Shown: positions 47,692-56,375 of the stretch, piece after piece | Layout of the letters: every line of letters starts with the position of its first letter | Position numbering within the stretch: the stretch's first letter is position 1 | NCBI GenBank assembly: GCA_963665295.1 | Contig: OY762209.1 | Span: forward strand, 1-64,000 | Source: Syntrophorhabdaceae bacterium | Lineage (GTDB): Bacteria; Desulfobacterota; Syntrophorhabdia; Syntrophorhabdales; Syntrophorhabdaceae | DNA length: 64,000 bases | Direction of reading: 5' to 3' | The notes under the pieces: generated by a model | Told to the model about the DNA's origin: nothing | What the model saw: only the letters and a program-made list of their open reading frames with translations | Database searches by the model: none | Program-made: the position numbers and the translations under genes

Positions 47692-47864
47692 GGAACGAGG
47701 GCAAGGCCGGAGTTCGCGGTCCCCGAAGCGCCGGGGAGCGGCAAAACAGACCAGGCCTGCGTTGGCCATTGATCAGTAAGGGATTTCGTCCCGGGACATA
47801 ATAGCGGCCGGGCAAAGGTACAGCCCCCCGGTGACGGCGCACCCTTCACCGCGGTTCCCCGCGG

Positions 47865-47916
47865 TGAAGGACTTCCCCTACATATTCATGGGTGCGTGTG
47901 TATGGTTTTTCCTTCA
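47865..47916. promoter_or_regulatory. Tandem enhancer (UAS) sites of TGTA-N10-TACA type
   Basis: TGAAGGACTTCCCCTACA (47865) and TGTATGGTTTTTCCTTCA (47899), about 175-225 bp upstream of the sigma54 promoter. Confidence 0.55.
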
Positions 47917-48135
47917 CCTCGGGCCTTCTTACCGCTTTTGGGGTCATGCCCTATCCGGGCAAAGGGTGCTGATTTCGGGGGAGTCCTGGTAACCCTTAAG
48001 ACCTTCCCGTCGTTATGAGGCTGGCCCTTCCTTCACGGACATAGCAACCCGTGAGACACGGCACCGGTTGGTCCGAAGGGCTCACCCGGGACAGTCCGGG
48101 TCGAGGCGCAGAGGCCTTCCGGCATCACAAATGCA

Positions 48136-49275
48136 ATGTCTTCACCGATACTGAAGGACCGACCGGATTCGTTCCGGAGGCGGCGCGGGGAGGCGCAAAA
48201 ACAGATGGACCATGGGCAGGAGAAGGATTCGATCAGGAACTTGCTGTTCTCCGACGGTGGGACGGCAAGAAGGCAGCCGCGTATTTGTCCGCAATGCGGG
48301 ACCTGGAACCCTCCTGACGCCGAATTCTGCGGGAAAGATGGCATGAAGCTGCCGGAGCAAGGAAGGCGCGTGAGAACCCCCCTTTCCTCTCAGCCTCACT
48401 CTCCACCATCGAAGGGCGTAACCTGCACGGCAGGACCGGAGACGACGTCCCACGGGATCGCAACGCCCCGTGCCATTGACACACAACTAAGTATGAAAGA
48501 CCGGACGGACCGGATGGACCGCACGGACCCGACGGAGACGGCAAGGGGCCCGTCAAAGGACGCCGATGACTATACCGCGCCGCAAGGAAAAGCGATATAT
48601 CCGCAGACCCCGAAGGACCACCTGCTCCTCATTACCGTCTGCATCCTCCTCATTGCCGTGGCAAGCGGCGGTTTCTACTGGTACCTCTTCGTCAAGGAAC
48701 GCGCCGCCATGCAGCAGAACCTGGAGATGAGGGCGACCCTCGACAGGGAAATCGACGCGCCCCCATCGCCTCCCGACCGACTGCAACAAACAGCGCCGTC
48801 CGCTTCGCAACGTGCGGGCCCGCCGGATGTTTCCCCCACGGCCGAAACGCAGGACACCATGGGGCCCGGAAAGGCAATCGACAGCGGGATGAAATCCGAA
48901 AGGGCCCCCGCCGTTTTACGGAAGGCAAGCCGGGGCGGGGAGCGTAAAGCGAGCGAGGCGGTCAGGGACGAAGCGATAAAAAAGCGGGCCTTCGCGGCAG
49001 CACCGGCGCACGGCCAACCAAAAGACGCGTCCGACGACTTGCGGGTAAGGCCGAAAGAGGAGCCACCCGACAGGGCGAAGATTGAAAGAGATATCAACCG
49101 GTTGCTGCGCGACTCGGGAGTCGACGGCATAACCGCTGAGGTGGACGAGAATATGGTTGCCACGTTCAAGGGAACTGTGCGGCGCGGCGAAGACAGGCGC
49201 AAGGCCCTTTCCGCGGCGAAAGGTTTCAAAGACGTGAAAGTCGTCAAAGACGTTATTTTTGTTATCAGGCCATGA
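48136..49275 (+). CDS. Zinc-ribbon / single-TM / BON-domain protein
   Basis: CPQCG..N...AEFC..DG motif, one TM helix, C-terminal BON-like F.GTV...ALSAA...VKVVKD. Start is uncertain. Confidence 0.75.
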   Translation: MSSPILKDRPDSFRRRRGEAQKQMDHGQEKDSIRNLLFSDGGTARRQPRICPQCGTWNPPDAEFCGKDGMKLPEQGRRVRTPLSSQPHSPPSKGVTCTAGPETTSHGIATPRAIDTQLSMKDRTDRMDRTDPTETARGPSKDADDYTAPQGKAIYPQTPKDHLLLITVCILLIAVASGGFYWYLFVKERAAMQQNLEMRATLDREIDAPPSPPDRLQQTAPSASQRAGPPDVSPTAETQDTMGPGKAIDSGMKSERAPAVLRKASRGGERKASEAVRDEAIKKRAFAAAPAHGQPKDASDDLRVRPKEEPPDRAKIERDINRLLRDSGVDGITAEVDENMVATFKGTVRRGEDRRKALSAAKGFKDVKVVKDVIFVIRP

Positions 49276-49300
49276 CGCAGGAAGGAAAAAGGGGGTTCAG

Positions 49301-49771
49301 GTGAAGGCAGGACTTTTGGGAAGCAAAATGTGGCTTGCAGCGGTCTTCGCTGCTGCGGCAGTCTTCGGTTGCGCTGAAATGCAGGCTGAGTGGGATCTGT
49401 TTCAGAAGGGGGTTCCTGTAAAGAAGACGGGATATTTCGGTCAAAAAGATGGAATCGTACTCTCCACGCCGGTTATCCAACCCGGGGCCGTCGCCCGGGG
49501 GGAGAAGCTCTCATACCGGATGTCCTACGCGCTCCTTTCCCCTGACGAAAGCAAGGAGTTCCTTGCAATCGAAGTGATTGCCCTTTCGGGCCCGAACATG
49601 CACCTGGAATTATCCCGAAAGACCACGAAGAAGCGTATGGGGAATCATGTCATGAAGGTTGAATTCCCCGTACCCCCGGACCTGCCGCCCGGTCCCTACG
49701 AGATCGTGAGCGTCGTCAGGGCCGGAGGACTGGAGAGGCAGCAGGCGGCCGGCTTTACGTTGAAGCGGTGA
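49301..49771 (+). CDS. Putative lipoprotein with an Ig-like beta domain
   Basis: Lipobox VFGC; P..LPPG.YEI motif. Confidence 0.7.
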   Translation: MKAGLLGSKMWLAAVFAAAAVFGCAEMQAEWDLFQKGVPVKKTGYFGQKDGIVLSTPVIQPGAVARGEKLSYRMSYALLSPDESKEFLAIEVIALSGPNMHLELSRKTTKKRMGNHVMKVEFPVPPDLPPGPYEIVSVVRAGGLERQQAAGFTLKR

Positions 49772-49803
49772 GAAATGCCTGTGAGAGAGGGATAGGAGGA
49801 GTT

Positions 49804-50358
49804 GTGCCCTGCGCGGAGTGTGGCAGAGAAAACGGACAGGGGCAGCGGTTCTGCATTCATTGCGGAATCCCCCTCGGGGCAGCGCCTGCGGACGCAAGGG
49901 TTCGGCGAAGGCCGTTCACCCCTGTTCGGAGGTCCGTGGACCGGGAATTTGAAATCACCATAATCTCGGTAGGGACGATAGCCGTGCTCTTTGCCGTGGC
50001 CTTTCTCCTGACCGGCAGAAACGTCCGGGCTATTCCCGCGTTGTTGTTTCTCTTCTTCCCCCTCATTCTGGGAGAATCCGTATTCCTGTTCAAACCCGGG
50101 AAGCCCGTATCAAGTATAGAGAAATTCCATATCTGGCTTGCGGGAAAGAAGAGGACCAACGTCCGCAGAAAACGCCCTCTCCACAAGCGTCTTTTGTGGC
50201 CCTTCCTCTTCTGCCCGACAAAAATCTCGCAATGGACGGAAAGCATAGAAGACCGCTACCTTCGCGCCGGGGTTACGATCAGCCTCTCCCTCTACGCCCT
50301 CGGCTTTATCACTCACCTCATGGTCAGCATCATCGTCGTCATTGCCTTGCGTCAATAG
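49804..50358 (+). CDS. Zinc-ribbon membrane protein
   Basis: CAECG.EN....RFCIHCG motif and 3 TM helices; SD GGAGGAG. Confidence 0.75.
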   Translation: MPCAECGRENGQGQRFCIHCGIPLGAAPADARVRRRPFTPVRRSVDREFEITIISVGTIAVLFAVAFLLTGRNVRAIPALLFLFFPLILGESVFLFKPGKPVSSIEKFHIWLAGKKRTNVRRKRPLHKRLLWPFLFCPTKISQWTESIEDRYLRAGVTISLSLYALGFITHLMVSIIVVIALRQ

Positions 50359-50516
50359 GGGTTGGCGGAGCAAGAACGCATTGCCGCCGCGTCATCCTTC
50401 GCGCCGCGCATTTTCAGGGTCCCTCGCCCGTTCCATCGGCTCCGTATCTCTCGATTCGGCTCCCGGGACATGACGCAGGGAACGTACCTGACCGGCGTGG
50501 CGGACTCATAATCTAG

Positions 50517-50552
50517 TTGACTATGTCATTGATATTGTCTACTATGTAGACA
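50517..50552 (+). promoter_or_regulatory. Leaderless sigma70 promoter with a MarR operator palindrome
   Basis: TTGACT-N17-TACTAT, then 6 nt to the ATG; palindrome TGTCTAC-TAT-GTAGACA (50536-50552). Confidence 0.7.
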
Positions 50553-51025
50553 TGGAAAACAACGGATGGTCGGATCAGGTACCGGGACTTAAGCATGAGG
50601 GTGGAGAGGCGCACCTTATTTTTGAAATCATGCGAACATACCATGCGCTCATAAATGTCCTTTCGCGTAAGATGGGAATACCCTTTTCACGTCTCATGCT
50701 CCTCAGGGTGCTCGCTCTCGTCTTTCCCGGAGAGACGGGGATACTGGAAATTGCCCGTCGTTTACACGTCAACGGCGCTGCCGTAACCCGCCAGATCAAG
50801 GAGATGGAAGGACTCGGTCTGGTTACGCGCACTCCCGACGAGCGAGATGGCCGACGCTCTAATGTGAAACTGACGGCAAAAGGGAGAGAGCTTTTTGAAC
50901 AAATCCACCAAAGGCAGCATGAGTTTGAGACGCATTTCTCATCCGGCGAGTTGACCCTTGAAGAGGTTCGGGCGGCGGCGAAAGTGCTTTCTCATCTGCG
51001 GTTTGTGCTTGAAAAAATGGACTGA
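50552..51025 (+). CDS. MarR family transcriptional regulator
   Basis: EIARRL...AAVTRQI..ME..GLV.R..D.RDGR...V.LT.KG pattern. Confidence 0.92.
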   Translation: MENNGWSDQVPGLKHEGGEAHLIFEIMRTYHALINVLSRKMGIPFSRLMLLRVLALVFPGETGILEIARRLHVNGAAVTRQIKEMEGLGLVTRTPDERDGRRSNVKLTAKGRELFEQIHQRQHEFETHFSSGELTLEEVRAAAKVLSHLRFVLEKMD

Positions 51026-51039
51026 AGGAGGCGATTGTC

Positions 51040-51384
51040 ACGGGAAAGAAATCTGCAAAAAAGCTGAACAAGCGGGCGGTGGTGGCCCTGGTGGCCTTGA
51101 TTTCCGGTATTGGCCTGCCTTTTAGCGGGTTTGCCGTTCACCTGCTCCATTCAAGCCTTCGCAACGGCCCTCGCCACTCCTGGATGGTTGCCCATGAGGT
51201 GCTCGGCGTAGCGTTCACGGTCAGCGCAATCTGGCACATCATTCTTAACCACAAGGCACTGGCCAACCATATCCGGGGTTCGGCAGGGCGGGTTGCCGGC
51301 ATGAGCCGGGAGGCGTTCTGGGCGGCCGCACTGGTAGGCATAATGCTGCTCGGGGCGCTCGGACACACCTTGTCTCCCCATTAA
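51040..51384 (+). CDS. DUF4405-type heme-binding membrane protein (apparent ACG start)
   Basis: TM helices with SG, W...HE and WHI.LN motifs; the AAGGAGG SD is 8 nt before an in-frame ACG. Confidence 0.7.
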   Translation, partial: TGKKSAKKLNKRAVVALVALISGIGLPFSGFAVHLLHSSLRNGPRHSWMVAHEVLGVAFTVSAIWHIILNHKALANHIRGSAGRVAGMSREAFWAAALVGIMLLGALGHTLSPH

Positions 51385-51519
51385 CCCATCCCGGACCTGT
51401 CCCAGGCGGCCGACTTGACAACGAGAGGTGGTCGCACTACAATCAGGTGTGATATTTTCGGGTAACTCAAACCGTTGGGGTCTATGGGGATTACTTTGCG
51501 TGAAAAACGGCGGGACTCT

Positions 51520-52965
51520 ATGAGGCCGACCATTTTTGTGCGCATGGTTATCGGATACCTTGGCGTCTTCATTCCGGTGGCGGCGCTGACCGTGTATGCC
51601 TTCTCGTCCCTTGCCTTATTCCGCAGCGGCACCGACAATATCCTCCGCATGGACAGCCGGATGAGGGACCTCGGCGAAAGCCTGTCGGATTCAATACTTG
51701 CCCAGACGCGGTACGAAAAAAAGTACCTTATTACGAGGGATAACGAGCTTTATGAACGGTTCCTTCTCCTCGAAAAGGATGTGAGCAGGCGGATCGGGGA
51801 AGGCATATCACTGGCGGATACCACACGGAAGAAGGATGCCCTGATCAGGATAAGGGATTACTATGACGTGTACAGAACCGTGTTCGACGATGAAGCAGCC
51901 CGTGCGGGGAAGGGCCGTCCTTCTCTCCCGGCGGAATACAGGGAGAGAAAAGAGAAGGCCGTTGACGGTATCCTGGGGGAACTCGGGAACCTGAAGCTCT
52001 TCACAGAAGAGGATACCCGGGAGAGAATGAGGCAGCTTGGGGAGTCCGGGGCAAGGATAAACAAGATCGCCGTAATGATGGGTGGAGGGTTCGTCCTCGC
52101 GGGGATCGTGATCTCCCTGTTCATTACCCGGAGTATCACCCGGCCCCTGTTTCGCATGAGCGAAAAAACGAGGCAAGTCGCGGGAGGCGATTTCGGGCCG
52201 CCTCTCGATCTTTCGTCTCCTCCGGAGATGAAGGAACTGGCGGAAGATTTCAACCTTATGTGTATGCGGCTCAATGAAACGGACAAGATGAAGTCCGACT
52301 TCTTCTCCCTCATGGCCCACGAGCTGCGTATGCCCCTCGCTTCCATCAAGGAGGGAACCAGCCTTCTGCTGAACGGCATAGGGGAAGAATTTCCGGAGAA
52401 AAGGAGGGAGGTCCTCACCATCATAGCGGAGGAGAGCATCCACCTTATCGATCTCACCAATTCCCTGCTGGACCTCTCGAAAATGGAAGCGGGCATGATG
52501 ACCCTGGATTTGCAGCCGACAGAAATGGAGCCCCTCATCCGCAAGGCCGCGGCAGGCCTGGAGCCTCTGGCCATGGCGAAAAAAGTAGGCATTCACATAG
52601 GGATAACCGGGGGTTTACCCCCAATCACCATGGACAAGGGGCGAATCGCCCAGGTCCTTGGAAATCTCCTGGGCAATGCGGTAAAATTTACGCCGGAGGG
52701 AGGGGATGTCACGATCTCGGCCCAATCCGTTGAAGGTGGGGTAAGGGTCTCGGTGACGGACACGGGGCCCGGTATAGCCGAAGCTGATCTGACCACCATA
52801 TTCGATAAATTTCAGCAGGCCGCCGTGACGAAGTATAATAAGATCAAAGGAACGGGAATGGGTCTGGCCATTGTCAAACATATCATAAATGCTCATGGAG
52901 GTAAGGTTTGGGTAGAAAGCGAACCGGGGCGCGGAAGTGCCTTTATCTTCTTGTTGCCTGCATAA
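51520..52965 (+). CDS. Membrane sensor histidine kinase, GlrK/QseE-like
   Basis: 2 TM helices, HAMP (P.EM..L..DFN.M..RL...D.MK.DF), AHELRMPLASIKEG and GTGMGL motifs. Confidence 0.92.
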   Translation: MRPTIFVRMVIGYLGVFIPVAALTVYAFSSLALFRSGTDNILRMDSRMRDLGESLSDSILAQTRYEKKYLITRDNELYERFLLLEKDVSRRIGEGISLADTTRKKDALIRIRDYYDVYRTVFDDEAARAGKGRPSLPAEYRERKEKAVDGILGELGNLKLFTEEDTRERMRQLGESGARINKIAVMMGGGFVLAGIVISLFITRSITRPLFRMSEKTRQVAGGDFGPPLDLSSPPEMKELAEDFNLMCMRLNETDKMKSDFFSLMAHELRMPLASIKEGTSLLLNGIGEEFPEKRREVLTIIAEESIHLIDLTNSLLDLSKMEAGMMTLDLQPTEMEPLIRKAAAGLEPLAMAKKVGIHIGITGGLPPITMDKGRIAQVLGNLLGNAVKFTPEGGDVTISAQSVEGGVRVSVTDTGPGIAEADLTTIFDKFQQAAVTKYNKIKGTGMGLAIVKHIINAHGGKVWVESEPGRGSAFIFLLPA

Positions 52966-53396
52966 TCTTCCTGTCTCCCGCAGGCTGCGCCACCCTGAAA
53001 GGGATGGGGGCAAAGAGGACCGCCCATGGTCACCTCGCCACGGCAGAGAGGCTCTTTGACCGGGGAGATTATGAGGGGGCACTGAAAGAGGATCAAATCG
53101 CCCTGTCCCTGTCTCCCGATACCCCTCCCGGAGATGAGGCCCTTTTTCACGAGGGACTCATCTATGCCCATCCCGCATATCGCAGGAGAGACAACCAGAA
53201 ATCCCTCGACTGCATGAGGAGGCTGGTGAAGGGTTTTCCCGGGAGCCCCCTTGCCGGACAGGCCAGAATATGGATAGGCGTCCTCCAGGAGAATGAGAGA
53301 TTGAAGAGGGAGACTCACGACCTGACCACGACAATCAGGAAATCGAAGCAAGTGGACATCGAGGTGGATGAAAAAAGGAGGGAGCTTTCACGGTGA
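52908..53396 (+). CDS. TPR lipoprotein, QseG/YfhG-like accessory protein
   Basis: Lipobox PAGC, TPR and a C-terminal coiled coil (K.VDIE); lies between the kinase and the regulator. Confidence 0.75.
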   Translation: MGRKRTGARKCLYLLVACIIFLSPAGCATLKGMGAKRTAHGHLATAERLFDRGDYEGALKEDQIALSLSPDTPPGDEALFHEGLIYAHPAYRRRDNQKSLDCMRRLVKGFPGSPLAGQARIWIGVLQENERLKRETHDLTTTIRKSKQVDIEVDEKRRELSR

Positions 53397-54778
53397 CGAC
53401 TGCCCGGCCCCGGACGAAGATACTGGTGGTGGATGATGACGGCAACTTCCTGAAGCTCATCAGGATGAGGCTGGAACTGGCGGGCTATGAGGCGACGTGC
53501 GCCCCCGACGAAGACGACGCCTTGCGCCTTGCCAGGGAAGAGGTCTTCGATGTCTCCATCGTTGATCTCAGACTCGTCCGTATTGATGGGATCTCCCTGA
53601 TGGAGCAGTTGCACGCCATCAACCCTTATGTTCCCATCATCATCCTTACCGCCCACGGGAGTATCGAAAGCGCGGTGGAGGCCATGAAGAAGGGGGCCTT
53701 TAATTTCCTCAACAAACCTTTCGAACCCGAGGAACTGCTCCTGCAAATTGAAAAAGCGCTGGAGAACCGGAGACTCGTCTTCGAGGTGAAAAGGCTCGAA
53801 GGGCTTTTGGAGGAAAAATATAATTTCAAAAACCTCGTGGCGCGTAGCGTTAAGATGCAGGAGGTTCTCGACGTAGTATCCCGTATCGCGGGGACCGATT
53901 CGACCGTCTATATCTCGGGAGAGAGCGGCACAGGGAAGGAAGTGATTGCAAAGGCTATCCACCTCGCCGGAGGAAGAAGGGGCAAGCCCTTCGTGGCGGT
54001 AAACTGCGCCGCAATCCCGGAAGCGCTTATGGAAAGCGAATTTTTCGGCCACGAGAAAGGAGCGTTCACCGATGCCAAGAGGAGTTATGACGGACTGTTT
54101 GCCCGGTCCCATGAGGGAACCATCTTTCTCGATGAGATCGGGGACATGCCCCTCTCTTTGCAGGCAAAGCTTCTGAGGGTGCTCCAGGAAAGGCAGTTTA
54201 CTCCCCTCGGCAGCGCCAGACCGGTGGATGTTGACGTGAGGGTGATCGTGGCCACCAACAAGGACCTGGAGGCGGAAGTGAGGAATGGCTCTTTCCGGGA
54301 GGACCTGTTCTACCGGATCCATGTCGTGCCCATCGAACTTCCTCCCTTGAGGGAAAGGAAAGAGGACGTGCCCCCTCTCGCGGAACATTTCCTGAAGGAG
54401 ACAAGCCGGAGGATGAAGAAAGACATAAAAGGCATCTCCGTCACGGCCATGCAGAGACTCATGCTCTATGACTGGCCGGGAAACGTGCGGGAACTGGAGA
54501 ATACCATCGAACGCGCGGTGGCCCTCACGCGGCATGACGTGATCGGGGAGGAGATTATCCTCCCTGCAAAAGACCTTCCCGGGGAGCAGTTGAAGCCGCT
54601 CAAAGAGGCAGTGGATGAGTTTAAGAGGGGATACGTCATGCGACTCCTCCAATTGACCAAAGGCAACGTGAGCAAAGCGGCGGAACTGGCAGGGAAATAC
54701 AGGGCCGACTTTTACAACCTCGTCAAGAAACACAAGCTCACGCCGAAGGATTTCAAGGATCCCGATAAAGAAAACTAG
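53393..54778 (+). CDS. Sigma54-dependent response regulator, GlrR/QseF-like
   Basis: REC domain; GESGTGKE, GAFTDA, LDEIG, FREDLFYR and WPGNVREL motifs; Fis-type HTH. Confidence 0.95.
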   Translation: MTTARPRTKILVVDDDGNFLKLIRMRLELAGYEATCAPDEDDALRLAREEVFDVSIVDLRLVRIDGISLMEQLHAINPYVPIIILTAHGSIESAVEAMKKGAFNFLNKPFEPEELLLQIEKALENRRLVFEVKRLEGLLEEKYNFKNLVARSVKMQEVLDVVSRIAGTDSTVYISGESGTGKEVIAKAIHLAGGRRGKPFVAVNCAAIPEALMESEFFGHEKGAFTDAKRSYDGLFARSHEGTIFLDEIGDMPLSLQAKLLRVLQERQFTPLGSARPVDVDVRVIVATNKDLEAEVRNGSFREDLFYRIHVVPIELPPLRERKEDVPPLAEHFLKETSRRMKKDIKGISVTAMQRLMLYDWPGNVRELENTIERAVALTRHDVIGEEIILPAKDLPGEQLKPLKEAVDEFKRGYVMRLLQLTKGNVSKAAELAGKYRADFYNLVKKHKLTPKDFKDPDKEN

Positions 54779-54786
54779 TCACGGGC

Positions 54787-54940
54787 TGTACCGATTTTCC
54801 TGAAAACCAAATTACCTGCTGTATGAAAAACCATATAGAGAGACCTCCGTCCCGAAGCGGGACCGCCAACCAATAGACCCGCCTCTTCCTTTAATATCAG
54901 ATCGTTAGAAACAAAGTGTCTTTCCGGCACATGATTTGCG
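54787..54940 (+). promoter_or_regulatory. UAS pair + IHF site + sigma54 promoter
   Basis: TGTACCGATTTTCCTGAA (54787), TGTATGAAAAACCATATA (54820), IHF TATCAGATCGTTA (54895-54907) and CGGCACATGATTTGCG (54925-54940). Confidence 0.72.
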
Positions 54941-54979
54941 TCACCCCCGTGGGGACACGATTGAACAAGGAGGAAAGTT

Positions 54980-55687
54980 ATGGATGACCGGTACCGAGTG
55001 ACACAACCAGATGAAGGCCTTTCAGGGCTCCGCCGGATCACCGTGGATTTGGATATCTATTTTGGAAGGGTCTCCGAAGTGGTGGCGGAATACAAGGCCG
55101 GCCACGGAGAGACGACGGACCATGACCCCATCGCCGTGTACGTCAGGGAGATGCTCGCCACCTCCGGGGCAGACCTGCAATCGGAGAAGGTCTCTCCCGG
55201 AGGTGGCGGGGCAAAGACCGATTGCGTCGAAATCCTCAATGCCAACCGTCTCATTGAGGATGTAGTGACGGCGCTGCAGAGGATGGTGAAAGAAAGGGCG
55301 AGGCTCCAGGCCGAACCGGCGGACCGGGAGTTGCGGATCGTGGCAAACAGGGAGAAGATGGCCCGGGTCCTTGCGGGTATCGTGGCGTATGGAACGGGGA
55401 TCATCAAAAAAGGAGGGACCATAACGATTCTTGCGAAATTGCTCCCCCTGAAAAGCAGTCCCGGGGGCAAAGGAGGATGTGCCCTTCTCCAGGTAGGCTC
55501 GAACGACGTCGAAACCAACGAGCCCGGCCGGAGACCACGGCGCAGGGCAATATCAAAGGAGAGTGCCCGTCGCGCTTATTCTGTCATTCGCTCGATCATC
55601 GGTGAACATCACGGCGCGATCTCAGTCATGAGACGACCCGGCAAGGCCCGGTTCAATATTTACCTGCCCATCCTTCGCGGGGTGTGA
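54980..55687 (+). CDS. Degenerate histidine-kinase ATPase (HATPase_c)-fold protein lacking catalytic boxes
   Basis: Collinear with the catalytic domain of the 19602 kinase (GG.ITI..K, ALL, H.G.I.V..P, F.IYLP), but the N, G1 and G2 boxes are replaced; SD AAGGAGG. Confidence 0.7.
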   Translation: MDDRYRVTQPDEGLSGLRRITVDLDIYFGRVSEVVAEYKAGHGETTDHDPIAVYVREMLATSGADLQSEKVSPGGGGAKTDCVEILNANRLIEDVVTALQRMVKERARLQAEPADRELRIVANREKMARVLAGIVAYGTGIIKKGGTITILAKLLPLKSSPGGKGGCALLQVGSNDVETNEPGRRPRRRAISKESARRAYSVIRSIIGEHHGAISVMRRPGKARFNIYLPILRGV

Positions 55688-55881
55688 GGCCGTTCTTGAC
55701 TACACCGAAGCCCTTCAAACAGGCCAGGGAGGATTTTGAGAGGGATTACCTCACCATGGTCCTCCGGGCGGCCGGGGGCAATGTGAGCAAGGCGGCGAAC
55801 CTGGCCGGAAAGTACCGGGCCGATTTCTGCGGACTCCTCAGGAAGTATGGTCTCAAACCGGGGCCGCTCAAAAAAGAGTGA
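55684..55881 (+). CDS. Stand-alone Fis-type HTH, a copy of the GlrR-like regulator's DNA-binding domain
   Basis: KPFKQAREDFERDYL..L....GNVSKAANLAGKYRADF; GTGA overlap with the upstream gene. Confidence 0.82.
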   Translation: MRPFLTTPKPFKQAREDFERDYLTMVLRAAGGNVSKAANLAGKYRADFCGLLRKYGLKPGPLKKE

Positions 55882-56047
55882 TGTATGGTTTCGCCTGCAC
55901 CGGCAATGGTGAGTGGTTTCAAGGACATACAGCCTCAGTCGTTTTTCTCGGGACGTCCGGTGTAAAGAAATCCATACACAGTGAGGTGTCTTTCTTCCGC
56001 GTAACCTTATCATTACAGCTAGTTAGGATGTGGGCACAGTTCTTGTA
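55882..56047 (+). promoter_or_regulatory. UAS sites + sigma54-like promoter
   Basis: TGTATGGTTTCGCCTGCA (55882), TGTAAAGAAATCCATACA (55961) and GGGCACAGTTCTTGTA (56032-56047, with GT instead of GC at -12). Confidence 0.6.
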
Positions 56048-56083
56048 TTTACCTGGGCAGCTTTCAGGAAAAGAGGTGTTGAG

Positions 56084-56323
56084 TTGAGACAGGTTCGGGT
56101 TTTCGTGGCAATGGCAGTGTTAGTCGTGATGGTAACCGGGTGCTCCCACATGTCCGCCACGCAACAGCGTGCGTTGAGCGGTGGGGCTATCGGAGCGGGC
56201 TCCGGGGCGCTTTTGACCGCCCTCGTGGGCGGGCCCGTTATCGTGGGAACCGCAATCGGGGCCGGGGTCGGAACCGTGGGCGGATTGATTTACGATGATG
56301 CGAAAAAAAGGGGATGCAAATGA
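56084..56323 (+). CDS. Glycine-zipper lipoprotein
   Basis: Lipobox VTGC; GGAIGAGSGA...GTAIGAGVG zipper. Confidence 0.85.
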   Translation: MRQVRVFVAMAVLVVMVTGCSHMSATQQRALSGGAIGAGSGALLTALVGGPVIVGTAIGAGVGTVGGLIYDDAKKRGCK

Positions 56324-56375
56324 TGGGCACGCTTCACAAAAAATGAACCTTATTGAAAACGGAAGGAGGTATGTG

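Noticed and set aside
47580..48000. GC-rich hairpins and a CGAGGGCAAGGC direct repeat as an ncRNA or CRISPR
   Set aside because: There are only two copies with no regular spacers; the region is explained as a sigma54 promoter and leader.
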